The translations under genes were made by a program, and so were the position numbers. Below, one piece after another: positions 9,245-17,118 of a DNA stretch of 64,000 bases. Every line of letters starts with the position of its first letter. Within the stretch, counting starts at the first letter, position 1. The notes under the pieces are model-generated. The model was not told the DNA's origin. It saw nothing but the letters and a program-made list of their open reading frames with translations, and did no database searches. The stretch is from a virus. Location of the stretch: positions 1 to 64,000 of the IMG/VR virus record IMGVR_UViG_3300036795_000250; one strand, written 5' to 3'.

Positions 9245-9277
9245 CGCCCGGTCACTAAGGACTCTAGTGACCGGGCG
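9245..9277 (+). terminator. Intrinsic terminator
   Basis: 13-bp stem CGCCCGGTCACTA/TAGTGACCGGGCG followed by TTGTTGT. Confidence 0.8.
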
Positions 9278-9457
9278 TTGTTGTCTCTTGGGCATTAATA
9301 TCGCTCAGTCGCGTGTCTATTCATTGTTCGTTTCCGTGAACCGTTTCTGGTTATGTCCGCGAGGGTTCTGCTACATTGACCACTCCCGCCGCCCCTCAGC
9401 CGCTGCCTTCCTTGGTGCTACCCCGCTGCGCGGCACGTGTCACTCACGGAGCTAACC

Positions 9458-10027
9458 ATGAGGTTCTTTTACGACCTTGAGTTTTGTGAAGACGGTTGGT
9501 CTATCGAGCCAATCTCTATCGGCATTGTCAGTGAAGCCGGTGATGAGTATTACGCGGTCTTCGATGACGTCCCGATCATCCAGGTCTACGCTAATGACTG
9601 GCTCGTCGAGCACGTCATGCCCTACATCCCGACCACGCACGCGACTCATGCCGTCGTGTGGCCAGCGGTGAAGCTGGATCCGTTGCACCCCGACGTCAAG
9701 AAGCGCACCACCGTTCGCGCCGAGATCGAGGAATTCCTGTTGAACCCGGTGGGTGGCCGGGGCGAAGAGGACATCGAACTGTGGGCGGACTGTGGCGCCT
9801 ACGACCATGTCGCTCTCATGCAACTGTGGGGAACCATGGTCGACAAACCTGCAAAGCTCCCTTATTTTACGCATGATCTCATGCAGGAATGGCATCGGCT
9901 AGGCAAGCCGGAGTTGCCACAGCAAGCCGAGAACGAACATCACGCGCTATACGATGCGCGCCATGACCGAGACGTCTGGCATTTCCTCGATGAGTACGCC
10001 CATCTGAGTTATAGCAATCAGCCCTGA
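9458..10027 (+). CDS. DEDDh 3'-5' exoribonuclease (Rv2179c/RNase AS-like, DUF5051)
   Basis: YDLEF, ISIGIV, ELWA..GAYDHVAL.QLWG, HHALYDARH. Confidence 0.88.
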   Translation: MRFFYDLEFCEDGWSIEPISIGIVSEAGDEYYAVFDDVPIIQVYANDWLVEHVMPYIPTTHATHAVVWPAVKLDPLHPDVKKRTTVRAEIEEFLLNPVGGRGEEDIELWADCGAYDHVALMQLWGTMVDKPAKLPYFTHDLMQEWHRLGKPELPQQAENEHHALYDARHDRDVWHFLDEYAHLSYSNQP

Positions 10028-10045
10028 CTTGCGAGGAGTCTTGTT

Positions 10046-10261
10046 GTGCCCGTTGACACATCTCCCGAGCGACGAGCAGCACGCCAGGTGGCCATGTATG
10101 CGCAGGACGCCGAGGAGTGTCGAGCATTCCTCGAAGCTCTGGGCTTGTTGGAATATTTGACGGACAGCGATGGCCTCTCCAGCCAATCACCTTCGATGCT
10201 GACGACGCCTGTTCACATACCATTCTATAAAATAGTCGGGCCAAACACGAAGCATGCGTAA
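10046..10261 (+). CDS. Small hypothetical protein
   Basis: GAGGAG RBS. Confidence 0.5.
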   Translation: MPVDTSPERRAARQVAMYAQDAEECRAFLEALGLLEYLTDSDGLSSQSPSMLTTPVHIPFYKIVGPNTKHA

Positions 10262-10465
10262 GCAGCCCTTGCACTATAAAAGCCTATCTGAGCCCCTTCG
10301 GGTTCGGCTCACTGAGGTCGATACATGTAACTGAGTGGAATTCTTAGACATTCCGCAAGGCCAACCAAGTGATCCCTGTGGCGGATGGTGCAGGCCGGGC
10401 TCCCTTATACGGAGTCGCTGACGAAGTGTTCACCAGCCAACCGAGCTTTCAAGGGAGCGGCGGCA

Positions 10466-11476
10466 ATGCCTGACATCAGCCTCCTCGAACCGATGGTCCT
10501 GCGCGGGGTCGTGGAAAAATTCACCACTCCCGAAAACCTCGTCCTGCTCAACTCGGTGCCGCGCTCCCCGTGGCCCTTCCCGAGCGTGACGTGGGACGTC
10601 ATCAAGGGTTCGCGGATGGTCGCGAAGCCCAACGTGCCCAACTCTGAAGCGCACATCGTGCCTCGGCTGGGCCGCAGCCAGCAGTCCGCCGCCTTCGTTT
10701 ACCTGCGGGAAAAGAAGGTGTTCGAGCCGACCACGCTGCACTGGCTCCGCACTCCCGGCGAGATCGCGGCCACCAACGCGGAGAAGGCTGTGCTACGGGA
10801 GGTCAACGACCTCAACCAGCGCTTCGACAACTTCGCTGAATACTGCCTGTGGCAGGCGCTGACCGGGACCATGGTCTTCGACTACCCGGACGTGCAGGCC
10901 AACGTCTCCTACCAGTTCGCCTCCAGCCACACCCCGACGCCGGCCGTGGGTTGGGACACTGCGACTCCGCAGTCCATTGTGGCTGACGTGCGGGCCTGGA
11001 AGCGCATCGTCGCTCGCGAAGGCCGGGTGCCGATCAAGCAGGCATACGCCACCGAGTTCACGCTGGCCTACATTTTCGACAGTTTCGCCCGCACCGGGGT
11101 CGCGAACACGTTCTTCGGCGGCACGTTGTTGAGTGACCGTATGAAGGACCAGTACTACTCGACCGGTATCCTGCCGGGCTTCATGGGCATTGACTGGGCT
11201 CCGGTCGAGCAGGTTTACGAGGACGACAACCAGAACCTGACTCTGTTTGTCCCGGACAACGCCTTGTTCATGGGGAACTACACGGACAACCGTCCGATCG
11301 AGATGATGGAAGGTCCGACCGCCGACGACGAAGCGCCTGACCAGTTCACCGGCAAGTTCGCTAAGTCTTGGAAGGACCACGACCCGTCGGCTCGACAGTA
11401 TCTCCTGGAGTGGAACCTGTTCCCCATCATCACCAGGCCGGAGCAGATGATCTACGTGGCCAATGTGACCTCATAA
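10466..11476 (+). CDS. Major capsid protein (lambda gpE family)
   Basis: GGGAG RBS, MPDISLL; EYCLWQALTG, DPSARQYLLEWNLFPII; follows decoration gene. Confidence 0.9.
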   Translation: MPDISLLEPMVLRGVVEKFTTPENLVLLNSVPRSPWPFPSVTWDVIKGSRMVAKPNVPNSEAHIVPRLGRSQQSAAFVYLREKKVFEPTTLHWLRTPGEIAATNAEKAVLREVNDLNQRFDNFAEYCLWQALTGTMVFDYPDVQANVSYQFASSHTPTPAVGWDTATPQSIVADVRAWKRIVAREGRVPIKQAYATEFTLAYIFDSFARTGVANTFFGGTLLSDRMKDQYYSTGILPGFMGIDWAPVEQVYEDDNQNLTLFVPDNALFMGNYTDNRPIEMMEGPTADDEAPDQFTGKFAKSWKDHDPSARQYLLEWNLFPIITRPEQMIYVANVTS

Positions 11477-11540
11477 GCACGTCCAAGGCTGTCACGACGC
11501 GGCTCTATGAACGAGAGCGCAGTCTGCTCAGCGCCACGTG

Positions 11541-11586
11541 CGAGAAGCCTCTGAATGAGTTCTCATGGACTCGCAGAGGCTTCTCG
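11541..11586 (+). terminator. Hairpin terminator after capsid gene
   Basis: CGAGAAGCCTCTG / CAGAGGCTTCTCG. Confidence 0.75.
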
Positions 11587-11644
11587 TGTCTCTAACGGCA
11601 TGTTCGCTGTAGCGCCCTCGATGTAAGGGCTGTCGGGCTGTTCC

Positions 11645-11653
11645 GCCGATAGT
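11645..11653 (+). promoter_or_regulatory. Putative late promoter -10 GCCGATAGT
   Basis: Just after terminator, 39 nt before ATG 11693. Confidence 0.7.
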
Positions 11654-11692
11654 GCCTCGTGACAGATCTCCACCAGAGAGAGGCTTGTAGCC

Positions 11693-12334
11693 ATGGGCGC
11701 TGGGCAACCGAAACGGCTGATTGATCCTACCGAAGCGTTCGAGGACGAACCGACCGCGCCTGATCTCGCTGCTGACGATGAGTCCGGCGCCGGCACGGGC
11801 GGATCCGATCCGTGGGCCTCGCTCCGCAAGCCAGGCGCTCCCGCCCGACCGGCGCCGGACTCCGACCTGACCGCAGACCAGCTCCGCATTCGAGAGCTGG
11901 AGGATCGACTGGCCAAATCGGAGGGTCAGAAGGACCCGGAGCCGCAGCTGGTCGCGGCCGATCCGGGAAGCGATCAGAACATCCTCATCCACTTCCTCGA
12001 AGACGGCTTTACCGCGCTGGGCCAGGTGTGGATGCGCGGCCAGGAACTGGAGTTCACTCCTGGCTCGCCCGCCTACAACGACACGATCGACCGCGAGGGC
12101 AAGTCGTGGCTGGACTACCGGGACCGTGAGTTCGATCAGGTCGACAAGTGGGGCAAGATCATGTTCCGCAAGGGTCCCTGGCCTGGTAAGAGCTTCAAGG
12201 ATGCCACGTTCGTCGCGCTGAAGTCCTTATCTGGTGCGGGCACGGTACCGGTGCCGACCGAAGACGAGCTGACGGCCGCTGAGCAGCGCGAGCGTTCGCG
12301 GCGGCGGGCGGCGCCCACCTTCCCGAAGGCGTGA
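11693..12334 (+). CDS. Hypothetical virion-module protein
   Basis: GAGG RBS; position after capsid. Confidence 0.75.
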   Translation: MGAGQPKRLIDPTEAFEDEPTAPDLAADDESGAGTGGSDPWASLRKPGAPARPAPDSDLTADQLRIRELEDRLAKSEGQKDPEPQLVAADPGSDQNILIHFLEDGFTALGQVWMRGQELEFTPGSPAYNDTIDREGKSWLDYRDREFDQVDKWGKIMFRKGPWPGKSFKDATFVALKSLSGAGTVPVPTEDELTAAEQRERSRRRAAPTFPKA

Positions 12335-12341
12335 GGATGCG

Positions 12342-12911
12342 ATGCCCTCCATTGGCGACTACCCGATCCCGACCGTAGCGGCCCTGGCGAACTACTCGGG
12401 CCGAGCAGCGAACTCCTACACTGCATGGGCTGATGAGGCGCTCGCGCAGTCGACGCTGTTGTTCGTTCTGACGGTCGAGCTGGCGGTGCCACCTGACCCG
12501 GTAGCAGATCCAGCCAAGAGCCAGTTGGCTCTCAACGCAATCCTTCAGATGGCTGATGACGTCTATCTGAGGCAGCCGTATGTGCCCTTGCTGGCCAAGC
12601 CGATCCAGTCGGAGACTATCGGTTCATACACGTACAACAAGGGCTTAGGCGCCTTTCGCGAGACGCCGTCATTCCTGAAGGCTCAGATCGGTCACTACAC
12701 GGGTCTGCTGTGGTGGGACCTCGCTGTCCGCGAGTTTGGCGAGACCTTGTATGTCTTGTCCGGCGCAATCTCCGTCTTTGATCGCAGTGCGGATGTAGAG
12801 CTGGATGAGACAGGGCGGCTCGTGTTCTTGGGGCCGGCCGACAAAGACGCGATGCCTTACCCATTTGACGTCAATGCGCCGGAATGGCCTGGGCCCTCGG
12901 TGACAGGGTGA
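12342..12911 (+). CDS. Putative head-to-tail adaptor
   Basis: IQSETIGSYTY motif typical of adaptors; synteny. Confidence 0.65.
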   Translation: MPSIGDYPIPTVAALANYSGRAANSYTAWADEALAQSTLLFVLTVELAVPPDPVADPAKSQLALNAILQMADDVYLRQPYVPLLAKPIQSETIGSYTYNKGLGAFRETPSFLKAQIGHYTGLLWWDLAVREFGETLYVLSGAISVFDRSADVELDETGRLVFLGPADKDAMPYPFDVNAPEWPGPSVTG

Positions 12912-13001
12912 GCTTGTGTCTAGCAGCCGTGCACATCTACGACCTGTATATGAACACGTCTAGTGGGAAGGTTGCGACCACCTCGGTCTCTCGATCTTGA
13001 G

Positions 13002-13010
13002 GCCGATAGT
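13002..13010 (+). promoter_or_regulatory. Putative late promoter -10 GCCGATAGT
   Basis: Intergenic, 43 nt before ATG 13054. Confidence 0.7.
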
Positions 13011-13053
13011 AGTGGGTGAGTCAGGCACTGTTGCTCAAGGGTGGAGCGTGTTC

Positions 13054-13650
13054 ATGGAGACTATGCTCGGGTTTGTGGAGCCTCGCGAGGACCTCCATTG
13101 GTCTTCGACTTCCTTAGTGGAGAAGTTTTCTCCCACTCAGGTGGCCTACGCGACAGCCAAGCTGGGCCACAACCCCTCTCGCGATGAGCTTGTGATGCTG
13201 TGTGGCGCGCCAGAAGAGGGTGTGCATGAGGACCTGACGAGCAACCTGCTCACCACGGCCGGTTTGACCAGGCTTACTAACCTGTTGACTGGCGGCGGGG
13301 CTCAGGCTGCCAGTGCGACGGCGGCTCGATTGGGCGTTGGTAACTCGGCAACGACAGCGCTGGTCGCTGACACCGACTTGAACGCGGCCAGTGGTGCTGG
13401 CAACCGTCAGTTCTACGTCATGGACGCGACGTATCCCACTGTAGCTGCTGGTGTGTTGACAGTAAGGTCGACGTTCGCCACCGGGGACGCCAACTTTGTC
13501 TGGAACGAGTGGGGCATTGACATCGGTACTCCGACGGTAGCCAATGGCACGACTGTGAATGCGTGCTTACTGAACCACAAGATCGCATCGTTGGGCACGA
13601 AGGCCAGTGGCAGCGCGTGGGCTCTGACGGCAACTATCACCCTGAGCTGA
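13054..13650 (+). CDS. Virion structural protein (collar/fibre-type)
   Basis: NLLTTAG, LGVGN..T...ADTDL, F..GDANF.WNEWG. Confidence 0.7.
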   Translation: METMLGFVEPREDLHWSSTSLVEKFSPTQVAYATAKLGHNPSRDELVMLCGAPEEGVHEDLTSNLLTTAGLTRLTNLLTGGGAQAASATAARLGVGNSATTALVADTDLNAASGAGNRQFYVMDATYPTVAAGVLTVRSTFATGDANFVWNEWGIDIGTPTVANGTTVNACLLNHKIASLGTKASGSAWALTATITLS

Positions 13651-13678
13651 TCGGGTATCCTGAAATAGAGGTGTGAGG

Positions 13679-15148
13679 GTGAGTTACACACCTAACCCAA
13701 CGTGGGAAGACGGCTCCGCTGGCGGCACGCCATTTGAAGCCGCCCCATTCAACCATATCGAAGCGGGCATCCTCGATGCCTCAAACCGACTCGACTCACT
13801 ATATATCTCAAACTTCAGCGTCGCCGCGCAGTACCTGAAGATCGGCCCCACGCTATATTCATTTTCCGCAGTGGGGGGCGGCAGCAGTTATGCCGTGATC
13901 GACAAGACCTCCACTCCCAACGATGCTAGTGTCTACTTCCGCACTACCGGCATCGGACGTGGCGAGGTCGGGCTCGCTGCTGACGATGACATGCACTTCA
14001 AGGTTGTCACCGGATCGGTAGCTGGTTCGGAAACGTTCGTTGACGGCCTGATTATCAAGAATGCTGCACCGAACACTGGCAAGGTCTGGGCCCCAGTCGG
14101 TTTCGGTGTAGGTACGGTTCCTGCCGTCCCCCTCCATATCGCTGGCAGCAGCACCAGTGGCCGCGTCGCTGCCAAGGTAGAGAACACCAACGTCACCGCG
14201 AGCACCAGTGCCGGCTCCCAACTGGAGTTCAAAGGAAATAGCGCTCCGGTCGACTGGGTACTGGGCACCGACTACGGAGCGAACGGCGGGAACAACTACT
14301 TCCTCCAGGACGGCAACGGCGGCCTGCGCCTCTTTGTCGACGGCAATGGTCGCATCGTCATTGGCGACTACACGGCTGGAGCCGCAACCAATAACTCTCT
14401 GGATGTCGTCGGCTCTATCCGCACCCGAGGTACGAACTACAGCCTCAACCCGCTGAACTTCTGTGGGCACCTGACGGCGCCAGGTGCTCCCACCACCGGC
14501 ACCTACGCTGTTCACGATGTGGTCATGGACAGCATTGGCATCTGGTATATCTGCACGGGGGCCGGGACCCCGGGAACATGGGCTCGGTCCGCAGGCGATC
14601 CCAACGCTACCAAGGCCGCTTCTATGGGCCTCGTGGGCATGACCGAAGACCTGGCCCTGGTGCCCTCCCAGAGCCCGGTGACTGCCGGGCGCCTGTTCGT
14701 TTATCCGTTCGTGGCCGGCTTATCTGCGACTGTGTATTACGCCATTGCTGCCTATGCTAGCGCCACGTCGGGCAATGTGAACACTGGCTCCTTCATTGGT
14801 ATCTACAACGCCGCGGGGACGACGCTGTTGGGAGCAACCGCCGATCTCGCGTCTCAGCTTACTACCGTCGGTGGCGCCCGTGTCATTGGCACGATGGGAA
14901 CGCCATTCGCACTAACGGCCGGGGTCGCGTATCAAGCAGCATTGCTCAACAACTACACCACAACTGGACCTCAATGGATGTGCACCCGGAACTTTGGCAC
15001 GAACTGGGGTAGCGGCACCGGCATCATTCCCCGTGTTCAGGTCAGCTCCGGAACCATGACGACCATGCCCGCCAGCCTGGCGTCGCTTGGATTAGCAGCA
15101 TCTGGGACCAACCAGCTTGTTGCTATCGGCTTTGGTAAAGGGCCGTAA
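13679..15148 (+). CDS. Fibre/spike-like virion protein
   Basis: G/T/A-rich beta-type sequence, GAPTTGTY..WYICT.AGTPGTW; N-terminal ~40 aa shared with next gene. Confidence 0.7.
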   Translation: MSYTPNPTWEDGSAGGTPFEAAPFNHIEAGILDASNRLDSLYISNFSVAAQYLKIGPTLYSFSAVGGGSSYAVIDKTSTPNDASVYFRTTGIGRGEVGLAADDDMHFKVVTGSVAGSETFVDGLIIKNAAPNTGKVWAPVGFGVGTVPAVPLHIAGSSTSGRVAAKVENTNVTASTSAGSQLEFKGNSAPVDWVLGTDYGANGGNNYFLQDGNGGLRLFVDGNGRIVIGDYTAGAATNNSLDVVGSIRTRGTNYSLNPLNFCGHLTAPGAPTTGTYAVHDVVMDSIGIWYICTGAGTPGTWARSAGDPNATKAASMGLVGMTEDLALVPSQSPVTAGRLFVYPFVAGLSATVYYAIAAYASATSGNVNTGSFIGIYNAAGTTLLGATADLASQLTTVGGARVIGTMGTPFALTAGVAYQAALLNNYTTTGPQWMCTRNFGTNWGSGTGIIPRVQVSSGTMTTMPASLASLGLAASGTNQLVAIGFGKGP

Positions 15149-15169
15149 CCAGAGTCTAGGGGCGCAGCA

Positions 15170-16543
15170 ATGAGTTACACACCGAATCCAACCTGGGCCG
15201 ACGGGCCCGGGGGCGGCACACCTGCCGAAGCCGTTCCGTTCAACCACATCGAGGCCGGTATCCTGGACGCCTCGAACCGTCTGGACGCTCAAGTCGTACC
15301 GGCACAACTCAACCGGGGTCGAGCCACCGTTGTTGCCACCTACGCCAGCGGCCACGGGTGGACGGCGGCGGGCGGCTGGAGCACTTCGAACGTCAACGAC
15401 ACCTCAGATGGTCGACTGTCCGGGCAGATGCTTACTGGCACGACCCCGGGCAACACAGGTACCTTTCCCACCTTCACGAAGCTCAGTGCTCCAGCTATTA
15501 ACCTGACCGGTCAGTGTTTGCGCGTGTGGGTTAAGGTCGATGCTCCTACCAACGTCGCCGCAATTACCCTTCGCGCAGCTGCCTCGGGAGGCATTGCCGC
15601 CAGCAACTACGTGAGCTGGACGGCGCTGGCGAGCTCGGGCGGCGTCTACCGCACCAACGGCATCATGATCCCGCCCAACACATGGACCGAGCTGTCGTTC
15701 TCCCTAGGTTCGGCCTTCAGCGCGGGCACACCGAATATCACCGCGATCACCGACTATCGGTGGATTGCTCAGGACAACGGGACCGCCTTCACCGTCAACT
15801 TCGGTGGCATCACAGCCTATCCAGCACTGTCTGCTCGCTATCCTAACGGTGTCGCGTGCTTCGGATTCGATGATTGCTACGCAGGCCAGTTCAGTCAGGC
15901 CATGAACCTCTTCAGTAGCTTCGGATACACAGCGACGCTGTTTCCCATCATCGACCAAATCGGCGCGGGAGGTTCCTACACTCTAACGCAGCTAGGTCAG
16001 ATGGCTAACATTGGTTGGGAAATAGCGCCGCACGCATATACCTTAGCTAACCACTCTGGCTGGAACTCTCTTAGCTTGACGCAGGCGTCGGCGGATGTGC
16101 TGGCCTCAAAACAGTGGATCGCTACTCACGGCTTTGGACTCAGTGGTGTATTTGCCTACCCACTCGGCGGGTTCAACGGCGGCTTCTCTGGTGCAGTGGC
16201 ACCACTCTGTCAGGTAGCCAGGACGATTGACTCGACCATGTTGACCGAATCCCTGCCCGTCGGGAATCCGCTCCAGTTGCGCAGCCCTGCGGGAATCGGT
16301 GGGTCGGGCGGCATTGGCGTGACCACCTACACGACTGCCACGACTGGTGTTATTGCCCTGGCCAAAGCTGCCGGGGCCCTAGTCCCCATGACGTTCCACG
16401 ATATATCCAGTGGCACGTCCGGTAACATCAACCAGTGCTCGATTGCCGACCTGACGACACTGGTTACTGCGATCAACACTGCCGGAATGGCCGTTGCGAC
16501 CTACGGTGAGGTGCTTCGCTACGCCATGCTGGGCATCTTCTAA
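15170..16543 (+). CDS. Virion-module polysaccharide deacetylase (NodB/CE4 domain)
   Basis: FGFDD, GWEIAPH..NH, FAYPLG, MTFHDI; fibre-type N-terminus. Confidence 0.82.
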   Translation: MSYTPNPTWADGPGGGTPAEAVPFNHIEAGILDASNRLDAQVVPAQLNRGRATVVATYASGHGWTAAGGWSTSNVNDTSDGRLSGQMLTGTTPGNTGTFPTFTKLSAPAINLTGQCLRVWVKVDAPTNVAAITLRAAASGGIAASNYVSWTALASSGGVYRTNGIMIPPNTWTELSFSLGSAFSAGTPNITAITDYRWIAQDNGTAFTVNFGGITAYPALSARYPNGVACFGFDDCYAGQFSQAMNLFSSFGYTATLFPIIDQIGAGGSYTLTQLGQMANIGWEIAPHAYTLANHSGWNSLSLTQASADVLASKQWIATHGFGLSGVFAYPLGGFNGGFSGAVAPLCQVARTIDSTMLTESLPVGNPLQLRSPAGIGGSGGIGVTTYTTATTGVIALAKAAGALVPMTFHDISSGTSGNINQCSIADLTTLVTAINTAGMAVATYGEVLRYAMLGIF

Positions 16544-16560
16544 TGGGAAGTGAGTAGGTT

Positions 16561-17100
16561 ATGCCTGCACAATTCTGGGAATCCACACTCAACTCGCCAC
16601 AGCTCGGAGCAGGCGCATCCCTCAACACATCGGCGGCTCTCACCGACATCTCTCCCGCTCCGCAGTTGGTGCTGCCGGGAAACTTCCTCTATGTCGGGTC
16701 GGCACTGCGACTGACCGCGTTCGGCACCTTCGCCACATCAGGCACGACGCCGACGCTGCTCCTTGGGTTCTACTACGGCGGTATTGCTGGCATCGCACTG
16801 GCCGCGACCGCTGCACTGACGGCGCCGAACACTGCGACGGTCAATTGGCCATGGCGCCTGGAAGCAACGGCCACGGTGCGCACGGTCGGCGCCAGCGGGA
16901 CGATCATGGTCCAAGGATACTGCGACATTGCTGCCACATTGACCACGGTGACCCATGTGCCAATTCCTGCGACTGCACTAGCTACTGTCCCCATTGACAC
17001 AACTGCGGCTAAGGCCATCACGGTTGGTGCGCAGTGGGGCACGTCGGCTGCGGCGAACATCGCGTTCTGCCAGCAGTTCATTTGCGAGGCACTCAACTAA
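16561..17100 (+). CDS. Hypothetical structural protein
   Basis: A/T/G-rich beta protein in structural operon. Confidence 0.7.
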   Translation: MPAQFWESTLNSPQLGAGASLNTSAALTDISPAPQLVLPGNFLYVGSALRLTAFGTFATSGTTPTLLLGFYYGGIAGIALAATAALTAPNTATVNWPWRLEATATVRTVGASGTIMVQGYCDIAATLTTVTHVPIPATALATVPIDTTAAKAITVGAQWGTSAAANIAFCQQFICEALN

Positions 17101-17118
17101 GTCAGGTAGGAGTGCGTC

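Noticed and set aside
10417-10450. Hammerhead ribozyme (CTGACGA)
   Set aside because: No matching GAAA core or stems seen
12615-15760. CCGATAGT on - strand at 12615-12622 and 15753-15760
   Set aside because: Antisense inside coding sequence with no downstream gene; consistent with the roughly one chance 8-mer expected
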